Shown piece by piece: positions 1 to 9,378 of a stretch of DNA of 64,000 bases. Both the position numbers and the translations under genes were made by a program. The notes beneath the pieces are model-generated. The model was not told the DNA's origin and did not search any database. It worked only from the letters and a program-made list of their open reading frames with translations. Positions within the stretch are counted from its first letter, which is position 1; every line of letters begins with the position of its first letter. Source of the stretch: a virus (taxonomy: Duplodnaviria > Heunggongvirae > Uroviricota > Caudoviricetes); IMG/VR virus record IMGVR_UViG_3300045988_157791, one strand, 5' to 3'.

Positions 1-54
1 ACCGCTGACATCCTGCTTACAAGGCAGGCGCTCTACCAACTGAGCTAAACCGGC
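1..54 (-). tRNA. tRNA-Thr (anticodon UGU), 3' part cut by window edge
   Basis: Reverse complement reads GCCGGTT-TA-GCTC-AGTTGGTA-GAGC-G-CCTGC-CTTGTAA-GCAGG...; anticodon loop gives UGU. Differs from the host thr tRNA I recall, so probably phage-encoded. Confidence 0.75.
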
Positions 55-58
55 AATT

Positions 59-145
59 TGGTGGGGAGTGATGGAGTCGAACCACCCGAGTCGCAATGAC
101 AGTAGATTTACAGTCTACCCCGCTGCCCCTACGGACTAACTCCCC
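59..145 (-). tRNA. tRNA-Tyr (anticodon GUA), class II with long variable arm
   Basis: Reverse complement GGGGAGT...GTAGA-CTGTAAA-TCTAC...GGTGG-TTCGACT-CCATC-ACTCCCC-A-CCA; anticodon stem-loop, T-arm and acceptor stem pair correctly. Confidence 0.75.
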
Positions 146-150
146 TAAAT

Positions 151-225
151 TGGCGATGGTGGGTGGATTCGAACCACCGACCAGTTGGTTAACAGCCAAC
201 TGCTCTACCGCTGAGCTACACCATC
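151..225 (-). tRNA. tRNA-Asn (anticodon GUU)
   Basis: Reverse complement GATGGTG-TA-GCTC-AGCGGTA-GAGC-A-GTTGG-CTGTTAA-CCAAC-TGGTC-GGTGG-TTCGAAT-CCACC-CACCATC-G-CCA; complete cloverleaf. Confidence 0.85.
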
Positions 226-1003
226 AATTCAGCACTGCCAGTATTTATTACTCAACAGTGCCAATCGCGACGGTTTAGTTTCTGCCAGGAAACGCACCGC
301 TACTTGCACTTTTCGTTAGTGCCAGACGCTTTCGACTTCGCTCAATAGTAGAAGGCAAAATCTTTAAGTAGATGATGTTTCTGAGGACAGCACCTACTTT
401 GTAATTTATACAATGTGATGTATGGAATCATTTGTTGTGAAAACAGGCACCAATGGCAACAGTGGTTAAACCTACACAACAATCCTGTCTTCACAACGTT
501 GAGGCCACTACTCCGATTGAATGTTTGCCCAACATGTTACATATCAACGCTCGCCGGTATCTCTGTGAATAGAACCTTAGAATTGATAAAAATGTAATGG
601 CCTCAACGTTGTGTGCTGGCTAACCATACCAGCCGGGCTACGTCGCCGCCTTTTAACCCAGTATAAACGACATAATTGAACAAAATGACGTAACAGGATG
701 GGCGGTCAGTGGCTAAGAATCCGGGAGTCATATGGAGTTGAAAATATACCAACCGCCCATTCTGTTACTTCATCGGAGGGAACATGAATGTTCCCTCCTG
801 CGTTCTGCAATCACACTCGCTCAGTGTGTCCCATTTCGGTAACGAGGCTGGAAACTGACCTCGCTGGTGTTTGGCTTATTAGGCTACTGCCAGATAGACT
901 TCTTCGTTTGCACTTGTATTTAAGTTCAAACAGTCGCGTCTCAACGAAAACAAAGTCATCTTATACATAAAAGATAAGTAAGTAAATACTTATCATTGTA
1001 TTT

Positions 1004-1294
1004 TTATTCGGTTGTGACTTTTTTGATCAAGGCCACTCTACGACTAGGTGTTCTTGTGATGGTGGCAGTGAATCGTTTCGCTTGGATAGTAATGGTTTCG
1101 TTCTCCTTAAGTTGCCCGTAGCGAGTTTCCACCAGGGTGCCAAGACGCCACAGACCATCATCGATACGTTTATGACTAGCAAATTTAATCAGCAACAGTT
1201 TTACGACTAACTGACCTACGTAAAAGGCGAATGCGACTCCGGCCGCTAAGAAATAGGTGGCCAACCACCATTCCCAAGAAGTTAAATTGCTCAT
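1004..1294 (-). CDS. hypothetical small membrane protein (96 aa)
   Basis: ORF with N-terminal hydrophobic helix (WWLATYFLAAGVAFAFYVGQLVV); AAGGTG ribosome-binding site upstream of ATG. Confidence 0.5.
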   Translation of the reverse strand: MSNLTSWEWWLATYFLAAGVAFAFYVGQLVVKLLLIKFASHKRIDDGLWRLGTLVETRYGQLKENETITIQAKRFTATITRTPSRRVALIKKVTTE

Positions 1295-1439
1295 TTTTTC
1301 ACCTTTGTTTCATGAACTACCCGATACACACGCTTTCCGATGCACAGTGTTTTGGTTTTAAGTTCCTGCTTAATTAAATCACGACAGATGCCGAAGCCGA
1401 TAAGGAAGCCACCCATAAAAGCTAATGAGATGTATGGAA

Positions 1440-1655
1440 TCATTTTAACACTCCTGATTCTACTAATTGCTGTAGCAATACTTTCCCTTTATCAGTTAAC
1501 TGGTAGTTGGCCGAACACCACGTTTCAGAAACGTTTGCAACCAACCCTAAACGCTCTAACTTAGCTCGCGTTTTAGGCTTCCAGTACTCAGGGAACTCCG
1601 GCCACTTACTGATTTCATGAAGCGTTTCCTTCTCCCGTTTACTTAATACGATCAT
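1440..1655 (-). CDS. hypothetical protein (71 aa)
   Basis: AAGGAG ribosome-binding site 5 nt upstream of ATG; start overlaps the stop of an unlisted upstream small ORF. Confidence 0.5.
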   Translation of the reverse strand: MIVLSKREKETLHEISKWPEFPEYWKPKTRAKLERLGLVANVSETWCSANYQLTDKGKVLLQQLVESGVLK

Positions 1656-1818
1656 CCTTAATCTCCTTCAGGGTGTTGGTTATTTCTACAATGCGATAAA
1701 TACGACCGCGTCTTTCTATAACACCGCTTTTAATGTAGTCATTGATGCAACTGGACATCACCACAATACCTATGAAAAAACCAACTGCTAAAAATGCAAT
1801 CATCCAGCCGAGCATCAT
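1639..1818 (-). CDS. unlisted 59-aa membrane protein, translationally coupled to ligase
   Basis: Hand translation gives MMLGWMIAFLAVGFFIGIVVMSSCINDYIKSGVIERRGRIYRIVEITNTLKEIKDDRIK; its ATG overlaps the ligase TGA (ATGA) and its stop overlaps the next start. Below the 60-aa cutoff of the ORF track. Confidence 0.4.
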   Translation of the reverse strand: MMLGWMIAFLAVGFFIGIVVMSSCINDYIKSGVIERRGRIYRIVEITNTLKEIKDDRIK

Positions 1819-3137
1819 TCTTTATCTCCGATTCGATCTTCTGTATCGCGTAAGCAACGCGGCCATTTCAGTCGTGGGTGGCGTAAGCTGCCGTCCGGTG
1901 TTTTCTCGTGACAATGAACCTCGACAATACGACCACGGTACTTCTCTTTGTTGTTCCAGATCTCATCCAGATATTTATGCTTAATGCCGCTCGCACGAAC
2001 GATGACGCCGTTTTCAAGACGAATAACAATTTTTCCAAGTGTGTTGGCAAAACCAGAGTCCGGGTCGCCCGGCTCAAAGTCGATAATTTCACCATCTTCT
2101 GAATCTTCGTCTTTTAACTTCCACCAGCTGCGGGTACGTTTAAACTCGTAAACAGAGTTCGGATCTTTGCCCATCTCCCCTTCTTCGTTATCGTCCAGGC
2201 GTTTCATGAAGCGTTCGATGAAGTCTTCGTGGCTATGGATGATATAGAACGGATGCAGGTGAATGTCTTGTGTGTAGCCTTCACTGCGATCGTTTTTGAA
2301 CAACGCCACGAGAATAGCCAGGCGCTCTTTCAGCTTCATACCTGTCTTTGCATATTCTTTGGATTTAGCCTGTGCCCGCCATTCCGGTAGGAAGAAGTCG
2401 AAAACATGATAAATAGCGCCAATTGCCTGCACGTTCTTTTTGCGCAATGCAGATACGGACTGGTTAAATGAACCGGCTGTTCCTTCACCATCGAAGAAGA
2501 TGTGTTTGTGGCCTGAAAGTTTGCCTAATTCGAGCATGGCTGGCTTTAGGTGATCGAGAGACGTGATTGGATTACCAGTACGAGAAAGGAAGTTCACCTC
2601 TTCCTCGTCAACAATAACCTCACAAATTACTCGCAAACCATCGAGCTTAAGGCTGCCAATCATCGGCCATTTGGCTTTAGGATTTGGCTTGAAGGGGTAT
2701 TTGTCGCCTTTTTCTTTATACGGTGACGCCAGCTGCACCTCAAATTTCGGAATGGGATTTTCAAAAACCTTGTTGCATAGGCTAATCCCAACGCCAGCTT
2801 TCGGATCTTTTAAGAGGAAACGACGGAACACGTCCTGCCCATCGGCGCACATTGACGCCACGATAGACTCAACAGCAGCTATTGCTGCGTTCCCCGTCAG
2901 CTCGCGAGAGGCCAGCTTATTCAGTATATCAATGGCTTTTTCGTCACTTGGGACGGACTCACTAAGCGGCTCTGCCACTTTGTATTTCTTTACCCCAAAA
3001 CGGATGAAAGGGTTGAGCATCAATGAAACCATGCTTTGCTCGAAGTCATCCATGTTGGCCAATGCCTCTTTTTTTGCATTGGTTCCCATAGCTTTCATTT
3101 CGTCCAGCTTATGCTTAAGTGCGATCAACTTTTTCAT
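1815..3137 (-). CDS. ATP-dependent DNA ligase
   Basis: Adenylation motif I KxDGxR present as SLKLDGLRVI; 440 aa, size typical of phage ATP-dependent ligases. Confidence 0.75.
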   Translation of the reverse strand: MKKLIALKHKLDEMKAMGTNAKKEALANMDDFEQSMVSLMLNPFIRFGVKKYKVAEPLSESVPSDEKAIDILNKLASRELTGNAAIAAVESIVASMCADGQDVFRRFLLKDPKAGVGISLCNKVFENPIPKFEVQLASPYKEKGDKYPFKPNPKAKWPMIGSLKLDGLRVICEVIVDEEEVNFLSRTGNPITSLDHLKPAMLELGKLSGHKHIFFDGEGTAGSFNQSVSALRKKNVQAIGAIYHVFDFFLPEWRAQAKSKEYAKTGMKLKERLAILVALFKNDRSEGYTQDIHLHPFYIIHSHEDFIERFMKRLDDNEEGEMGKDPNSVYEFKRTRSWWKLKDEDSEDGEIIDFEPGDPDSGFANTLGKIVIRLENGVIVRASGIKHKYLDEIWNNKEKYRGRIVEVHCHEKTPDGSLRHPRLKWPRCLRDTEDRIGDKE

Positions 3138-3616
3138 TGTTGTTTTGCCTCCATATGTTGATCGATTTGCTCATGTGTTTCTTTTGTTGTTTCTTCAAGC
3201 AACGCCGCATACACGTCAGTGATCGCTGTTTGTGATGTGGTGCTCTTCTTAACCATGCTATTAATCGTTACACTGTCACGTTTTCGTTTTATAGTTCTGG
3301 CTTGTTTATTCCGTTCTTCAACCTCCTTAATGAGCGCGGTCATATCTTCGAAATACAGAGATTCTCCTTTACGAATCTCTTCAACCATCATTTTTAACGC
3401 CTTGCATTTGCCTGCTTTGATAGCGGTTGCGCACGACTGGAATGAAGTTCGAGGAAGACGATTTTCTTTGAAGGCAAGAATGGTGTGCTGGCAAACGGAG
3501 TAGCTGCAATATGCCGACTCACCGTTTATCTTTACTTCCTCACAACGAAGTGAATAACCATTATTTCCTGAAATAGAGGGGATTTTTGACAAATCAGCTT
3601 TCACAACTACCGCCAT
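3134..3616 (-). CDS. hypothetical Cys-rich protein (160 aa)
   Basis: 4-nt overlap with ligase start; several Cys in the N-terminal half suggest a possible metal-binding domain. Confidence 0.5.
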   Translation of the reverse strand: MAVVVKADLSKIPSISGNNGYSLRCEEVKINGESAYCSYSVCQHTILAFKENRLPRTSFQSCATAIKAGKCKALKMMVEEIRKGESLYFEDMTALIKEVEERNKQARTIKRKRDSVTINSMVKKSTTSQTAITDVYAALLEETTKETHEQIDQHMEAKQQ

Positions 3617-3670
3617 AAATAATCTTGTACTTACCTATCGTTATTTGCGTAAAAACGACGCACGGAGAGA

Positions 3671-4453
3671 TTACCAACTTCCCCAGCTAACCATCTTGCG
3701 CTGATTGCTTTCTAAGCGATAGGGGACAAGAAGCTCTGTGACATGATTGGTGGCGTATGATTTAGCCTCTTGCTCTATCATCGGTAATTCGTTAGCAATC
3801 CTGACCATCTTCCCAGCAAATTCCGCCATTACGCCATCACATGCCTTCCCAGCATCAATAACGATATGCACCAGATCCAACTGGCTTTTGCACATGTCGC
3901 AAAGAGACGCATACTCACTCTCTCTGATTACATTTACGGCATCATTAGCCCCTTTATTAAGCAAGACTTCCAACAGGTTTGTCGGGGTAACGAAATCGGC
4001 TTTAAGTGACAATGTTCTCTCACCTTTTATCGACCGTAAGTACTCTTCGTAGTTTTGCTTGTCTTCCAGCAAAACTAAGCTATGCATAGTTAGAAGTGAT
4101 TCCTGAATAGCCTCTTCAATAATACTGTCGTTTGGCGCACAAAAAACGGTATTTGTGTAGATCACTTTGCCATCCATCCATGCACCAACCTGCACTTTAA
4201 GACTGAGCGGGTTTTCTTTGCTAATAAAAACAACTAATGCAGAACGCCGTGCACAAGAAGGTTCACCCCATACGTGTAACTCAACTTTCAGATAAGGTAG
4301 CCCTGGTAGCGGGATCTCAACCAAACGAGTGGCGATATGATCCATTGCTGTTTTTACCGCTTTTTCAATGATGTCTAGTCGATTGCTCTCGCTGATTTCT
4401 AAACCAGTTTTATCAATGATGTCGCAGGCTAATTTCTGAATTTCGTCTTTCAT
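3671..4453 (-). CDS. hypothetical protein (260 aa)
   Basis: Long ORF in the operon frame, preceded by the recurrent TAAGTA/TACTTA intergenic motif. Confidence 0.5.
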   Translation of the reverse strand: MKDEIQKLACDIIDKTGLEISESNRLDIIEKAVKTAMDHIATRLVEIPLPGLPYLKVELHVWGEPSCARRSALVVFISKENPLSLKVQVGAWMDGKVIYTNTVFCAPNDSIIEEAIQESLLTMHSLVLLEDKQNYEEYLRSIKGERTLSLKADFVTPTNLLEVLLNKGANDAVNVIRESEYASLCDMCKSQLDLVHIVIDAGKACDGVMAEFAGKMVRIANELPMIEQEAKSYATNHVTELLVPYRLESNQRKMVSWGSW

Positions 4454-4528
4454 ACCAACTCCTAGCTAACAGATGAAAGTATTCTTACAGAAAGATAAGT
4501 AATCATCTACTTATTTTAGAGGCGCTTG

Positions 4529-5782
4529 TTACGATAGCGCCTTAATGCCCAAAACCTTGCTTTGCAACTCCAACTGTTTGGTATACGGTTTTGCCCGATA
4601 ATAGGCTTTGATAATTTGTTCTGGCGTTGCACCGCCCGGGTCGAGTCCTTCCTCACCCAAACACGCAACTTTGACATTAAGACCGATACTGGTCAGTCGC
4701 CTGGCTGCGGCCATAGTGTTGCGTATAGCTTGCTTTTCACTATCCCACATCATGATCACATTACGTAACCCACGCGCCTTGAGCGTCAGGAACGCGCCCA
4801 ACTGATCTTCTGCATCCTGAGTGGTGTTACCAGATAGATGCATCCCGAACGTTCCTATCGGTTCCACGTAATCACGTAATGTTTCTTCATCAAAAATAGC
4901 TCGTTTAACCCCCATAACATCGAACGCCCCCTCACAGACAACTACAGTCTGTTTGCCGACCGCATTATGGCCGTTGTAGAGAAACTTACCTGAAGCTGGA
5001 AGCTGCATAGGAAAGAGGTAGCGACGTTCAGCTGTACCGGTAATGTCTCGCCCCTGAAATGTCTTCATTACCCCATCCAGATCGTAAACCGGTATCAGTA
5101 TTCGCATATCGAATATCTGTCCTTTAACCTGATCTGTATACGGATCTACATAGGCGTGCTTGCCTTCGACGCAGTATCGTAGGTCAAAATACTTTGCCAT
5201 TTCAGGCGATATGTTTCGTTCAACCAGATAGTCTGGAAGACGGCCATCTATAGGAAGTTCGTAATGACGAGGGAGTGCAAGTGGTCCCTCTAACTCGACT
5301 GTGCTTGCAAGCACTATCTCTTCTTTCTTTGGTGCCCACCCCTGGGAAAGAAGGGCGTTCTGCACATATTCCTCGAACTGTCGTCGTGATTTGCCGCTGT
5401 AGTGCTTGAGGAAGACCAGCTTATTGAACTGAATCTCTTCGGGATGATCACCAGCGAAGCATTTACCGACGCCACTGGTCAGATTGAAATATACCTTCCA
5501 GTTGGAGCTGCCGCATACCGGACACTCCTTGATATTCACTTCACGACCGCGAGCACTCACGCCTCCACGTCGATAAACGATACCTTCAGTGTCCAACCAT
5601 TGTTCAAAATCTAATTCGGTAATTAGCTCTTTCAGCTCGCTCACGATAATTCCACTTTTAATAGGCAATATTGTGACCAACCTAAATGTTGATATAACAT
5701 AAAGGCTCATGTGTTTTTCTTTTGTGGTTTGGCAAAAGAAAAGTTGTTTCACCAATGAATCAAGCGTGGAGGCGTTCTCCAC
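4529..5782 (-). CDS. DNA primase (zinc-binding plus TOPRIM, DnaG/T7-like)
   Basis: CPVCGSS...KCFAGDH zinc-finger-like segment and TOPRIM motif VVVCEGAFDVMG. True start probably the internal ATG near 5710. Confidence 0.65.
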   Translation of the reverse strand: MENASTLDSLVKQLFFCQTTKEKHMSLYVISTFRLVTILPIKSGIIVSELKELITELDFEQWLDTEGIVYRRGGVSARGREVNIKECPVCGSSNWKVYFNLTSGVGKCFAGDHPEEIQFNKLVFLKHYSGKSRRQFEEYVQNALLSQGWAPKKEEIVLASTVELEGPLALPRHYELPIDGRLPDYLVERNISPEMAKYFDLRYCVEGKHAYVDPYTDQVKGQIFDMRILIPVYDLDGVMKTFQGRDITGTAERRYLFPMQLPASGKFLYNGHNAVGKQTVVVCEGAFDVMGVKRAIFDEETLRDYVEPIGTFGMHLSGNTTQDAEDQLGAFLTLKARGLRNVIMMWDSEKQAIRNTMAAARRLTSIGLNVKVACLGEEGLDPGGATPEQIIKAYYRAKPYTKQLELQSKVLGIKALS

Positions 5783-5791
5783 GCTTATTTT

Positions 5792-7132
5792 TTAGGTAAC
5801 GTCTAAGATTCGCTCAATGAAGCGCATTTGTTCGAGGTTTTGTTTAACGCGAATGCTGATCCCTCCCTGCTGGTTACGTGAACCAGCAAAGTAGAGACGA
5901 GCCTCTCCTTTCGCTTCTTCTTCTTCTGTTTTGTTGATCGTTATTACCAGGTCAGCAATACGTACTTTTTCGATGTTGTCGGCAGCGTGCATCATTGTGG
6001 CAACTTCTGACGCGCCACCTTCACGGTTTGTTTGCGATGCTGTGATACCAGCAACGTTGTGTTTGTCATAAAGAGCACGTAAGTCGGTATAGATACTACG
6101 TATGTTGGCGCGATCATCACGAAGGTCATAACTGGCACGCATCAAATCTGCATAGTCGACAACAACCATGTCAGGCACCATGCCATTGGCTTTCATGCTG
6201 TTAAGCATACGATCCAGATCTGCCGGTGACATACTTCCTGACGGACGCTCAACAACCCACAAACTACCAATCCCCTTCGTGGCTCCCAACTCTGCCAACT
6301 TACGATGAACTTCATCGCGCCGTTCCACCAACTTGGACATTTCCGTCTCCGACAATCTTGCATCAAAGCGGTCGGACAAAATGTTGGTGTGAACCTCCAG
6401 CGAGAGATACAGAACATTGTAGCCAGCAAGCGTTGCGTTTATGGAAAACTCACCCATTGCGGTCGATTTACCGGATTTAGCGAACCCCATGAAGAGCACC
6501 ATTTCACGCTTCGCCCAGCCTTTTTGGTACAGCAACCTATCGAGCAGAGGGAGTCCAGTTGTAATGCTGTTTGGCACATACTCCTCTGAAGCCTCATATT
6601 CACGCGCTTTCAATCGCTCACTTGCGGAGGTGTAGTAGTCATAGATTCCGGTCGCTTCGTTCGAGCCTATCTGCTGAACCTTGGCCATGATTGCCATCGC
6701 CCCCTGAAAGTCGCCCTTCTCTTTCAGTTCAGCAGCTTTAATCAGAGCATCATCAAACGCTACACTTTTTGCGAATGTGGATACCTGGTCAACCATGTAC
6801 GAGGTATCAGACAATTTTTCTGCAAGGATGCGCTTAAACGCAGCAACAACATCGGCGAATAGTTCCTCACGGATAGTCTTATCGCGTTTCGCACGCTTAA
6901 GCATATCCAGAATTGCAGATGAAGAGGGCGCGCTCTTGTACATACGGTAATAGCCCGAAACCATATTAACCAATATGGCATTGGCCGCATTGGCAAATTG
7001 GCTAGGCACAACCAGATCTCCCGCACGAGTAAGAAACTCGTGATCACGACAAAAATATGCCGTCAGTCTGTTCTGGAAATCTTCATCAAACTCTTCGGAC
7101 AGCCCGCGTCCTGTATGGCAAAGTTCGGTCAT
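5792..7132 (-). CDS. DnaB-like replicative helicase
   Basis: Walker A GFAKSGKST and DnaB-type Walker B VVVDYADLM. Confidence 0.75.
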   Translation of the reverse strand: MTELCHTGRGLSEEFDEDFQNRLTAYFCRDHEFLTRAGDLVVPSQFANAANAILVNMVSGYYRMYKSAPSSSAILDMLKRAKRDKTIREELFADVVAAFKRILAEKLSDTSYMVDQVSTFAKSVAFDDALIKAAELKEKGDFQGAMAIMAKVQQIGSNEATGIYDYYTSASERLKAREYEASEEYVPNSITTGLPLLDRLLYQKGWAKREMVLFMGFAKSGKSTAMGEFSINATLAGYNVLYLSLEVHTNILSDRFDARLSETEMSKLVERRDEVHRKLAELGATKGIGSLWVVERPSGSMSPADLDRMLNSMKANGMVPDMVVVDYADLMRASYDLRDDRANIRSIYTDLRALYDKHNVAGITASQTNREGGASEVATMMHAADNIEKVRIADLVITINKTEEEEAKGEARLYFAGSRNQQGGISIRVKQNLEQMRFIERILDVT

Positions 7133-7175
7133 GTGCTTTCCTTTGTTTTTTAAACAAATTGTTTTCTAGTATTAG

Positions 7176-7925
7176 TTAATTAGATAGGGGATCAATAAAC
7201 CGCCGTGCTTCTTCCAGTTCTTCTGGAAAGTGGGCGGAAATAAGGCGCTCTGGAACGATTTCCATTAGCCAGATAGCGGAGAAAATTGTGCGTATGCGCT
7301 TGCTGCGAGGGATGGTGCGCAAACGCTCCAGAATCCACTCAAAATAGCTTTCCTGAATCGGGTTGAACTGCATGTCTCCCATATGCTTAAAGCTAACGAG
7401 AGAGTCATCCAGACGGGTTGTTGCGCGTCTGGCTAATTTCTCTTCGAATATCTCAATCAGCTCTGGCTGCCACAAATGCTGTGGGCGCGGCAGCTTGTCC
7501 CACAGCCGTCGTGCAGCTGCGGAAAGAACGGTGGAGATAAAGTAGTCGTATGAGCAGCAATAGCGATCCGCAAACTGGCGTGCTTTCCATAGCGACGTTT
7601 TATTGGCAGTCGACAACTCCTGATAAGGCAGGCGTTTTAACCCGGTGGTGAACGGAGCTGTTTCAAAGTGTTCGCGACCGTGCGTCAGCATGATATTTGA
7701 GTACTGACGTTTGTATGCCTCCGTAAAAAGACAGGTGGCCATGAGAGGATGCATGTCGCGGTAATCAAACCACTTCGTCTCGAAGAGTTCAGCCTCGTCT
7801 TTACAGCGCGACAAACCAATGTTTTCAGCGACCCACTTGTCCATAACAGCGGTATTCCACTCTGTCATGAAGTCGTACTGGTCGTTGTCGATGGTATCGA
7901 AAAAGATTTGGCTCATGTGGCTCAC
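7176..7925 (-). CDS. hypothetical protein (249 aa)
   Basis: ORF at the head of the leftward replication-gene block; no recognisable motif. Confidence 0.5.
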   Translation of the reverse strand: MSHMSQIFFDTIDNDQYDFMTEWNTAVMDKWVAENIGLSRCKDEAELFETKWFDYRDMHPLMATCLFTEAYKRQYSNIMLTHGREHFETAPFTTGLKRLPYQELSTANKTSLWKARQFADRYCCSYDYFISTVLSAAARRLWDKLPRPQHLWQPELIEIFEEKLARRATTRLDDSLVSFKHMGDMQFNPIQESYFEWILERLRTIPRSKRIRTIFSAIWLMEIVPERLISAHFPEELEEARRFIDPLSN

Positions 7926-8032
7926 CTGGTAGGTAGTTACTTACTTATCACGATGAGCGGATGATAGCGACTGGTGGCAGTTTTTGGAAGTGGAAACGGA
8001 AGGGAGTTGTTCTGGTGGTGTCTTTTAAAAGA

Positions 8033-8087
8033 CCTGCTTCCGTATATATTTAATAAGTTACTTATTATTTATATATACAGAAGCAGG
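8033..8087. repeat. 55-bp extended palindrome, copy A
   Basis: CCTGCTTCCGTATATATTTAATAAGTTACTTATTATTTATATATACAGAAGCAGG; outer arms CCTGCTTC/GAAGCAGG around an AATAAGTTACTTATT core. Second copy at 39347-39401. Confidence 0.7.
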
Positions 8088-8198
8088 CATAACTTGTCGT
8101 CTTAGACGCCCAGAAGCTCTACACTTTGAGCCTGTTAAATTGATTAAAAACTTATGTGTAAAATAGAACGCATTAGTCAGTAGCAAAGAGATGCAATA

Positions 8199-8966
8199 AT
8201 GGACGATTTATCGGTATACGCGAGATCATTGGATAAGGCTAAATACTATGTTTACTGTCTCTATGATACAGAAGACAAGATGAAAAGACCGTTTTACATA
8301 GGAAAAGGCAAATCGACTCGTTGTCTCGATCACATCAAGTATCCCGATGACTCTCCCAAATCCATGCGGATCAAAGAACTTTTGGCTAATAAAAAATTAG
8401 GCATAGATATACTTCGTCATGGTATGGATGAAACCACAGCCAAACTTGTTGAGGCGACATGCATCGACCTTATGGGGGTCGGAGAGCTTACGAATAAGGT
8501 ACGAGGAAGTGGTTCCATGATGGGCAGAATATCACTGGACGCCTACCATCACTTAGTGCTGCAAGAGGAAACTGAAATTGCTCCTGAGCACGCCGGTCTT
8601 GCCTTCCTGCTAAACAGCACCTACAAGTCAGGAATGTCCGCTCTGGCATTATATGAAGCTACGCGTGGCGTATGGGCAAAGGTTCCAAGAGACGAGAATC
8701 TCAAATATGCCTACGCTACATATGGTGGGCTGATAATGGAAGTTTATCAGATTGAATGCTGGGTCAAAGCCGGTTCTCAGCAGTACTTTACAAGGGATAT
8801 AGCTCTTGGCCCCGACACAAAACGTTATGAATTTGTTGGCAGAATAGCCGATGAGCATATTAGAAAACTGTATGTAGGCAAATTAATCAAGAAGCCACCA
8901 AGCTACGGTAGCCCTTTTGTGAAGGTTGGGGTGGTTAGGACTGAACATAGTGTTAGCGCGGCATAA
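8199..8966 (+). CDS. GIY-YIG nuclease domain protein, free-standing homing-endonuclease-like
   Basis: N-terminal YYVYCLYD...RPFYIGKGKSTR...H matches the GIY-YIG signature; only plus-strand gene in a minus-strand block. Confidence 0.65.
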   Translation: MDDLSVYARSLDKAKYYVYCLYDTEDKMKRPFYIGKGKSTRCLDHIKYPDDSPKSMRIKELLANKKLGIDILRHGMDETTAKLVEATCIDLMGVGELTNKVRGSGSMMGRISLDAYHHLVLQEETEIAPEHAGLAFLLNSTYKSGMSALALYEATRGVWAKVPRDENLKYAYATYGGLIMEVYQIECWVKAGSQQYFTRDIALGPDTKRYEFVGRIADEHIRKLYVGKLIKKPPSYGSPFVKVGVVRTEHSVSAA

Positions 8967-8983
8967 AGCTGACACTGTAGTTA

Positions 8984-9012
8984 TGCATTGGCGCAATGTA
9001 CGCGCCAATGCA
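8984..9012. terminator. hairpin between convergent genes, likely bidirectional terminator
   Basis: GCATTGGCGC-AATGTA-GCGCCAATGC stem-loop followed by a T-rich tract. Confidence 0.5.
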
Positions 9013-9018
9013 TGATTT

Positions 9019-9378
9019 TTAACCTTTCTTCATCAACTCTCGTTTGATTTCATCGGTACGCATCGTGACATCGGCAGCGGTGATCGCCTCATTCAATTTC
9101 ACGATGTCCTCGATTTCCTGCGGTGACTTCTCTGCCAGATGGAAAATGGCTGCTCGAATCACGTCAGAACGAGTGAACTTCTCGAAGCGAGGGATGAACT
9201 TCATCATCTCCAGCAGTTCGAAGTATTCGTCCTCCAGTGACATTGTGCGGCTTTTAATTTTCTCTTTGCCACGAGTCGGGCGTCCCTGTGGTCTGACTGG
9301 TTGGCGCAAAGGAGTTGTGTTCTTAGCCGGTGCATCAGGCTCTTTGCGCTTTGCTAGGTCACCCATTTTCATGGACAT
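9019..9378 (-). CDS. ParG-like partition/centromere-binding protein (ribbon-helix-helix C-terminus)
   Basis: Directly downstream of the ParA-like gene (start/stop abut at 9378); basic disordered N-terminus plus RHH-like C-terminal segment. Confidence 0.5.
   Translation of the reverse strand: MSMKMGDLAKRKEPDAPAKNTTPLRQPVRPQGRPTRGKEKIKSRTMSLEDEYFELLEMMKFIPRFEKFTRSDVIRAAIFHLAEKSPQEIEDIVKLNEAITAADVTMRTDEIKRELMKKG

Noticed and set aside
415-970. Track ORFs 415-597 and 788-970 in the tRNA-proximal leader
   Set aside because: No ribosome-binding sites, they span strong inverted repeats, and the region looks like structured non-coding DNA.
5763-5793. Hairpin plus T-run at the helicase/primase junction as a terminator for the gene operon
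   Set aside because: The T-run is on the plus strand, antisense to the flanking genes, so it cannot terminate the replication operon; at most it blocks antisense read-through.
8033-8087. LexA (SOS) box inside the 55-bp palindrome
   Set aside because: The element contains ATATACAG but not the full CTGT-N8-ACAG spacing of a LexA box.
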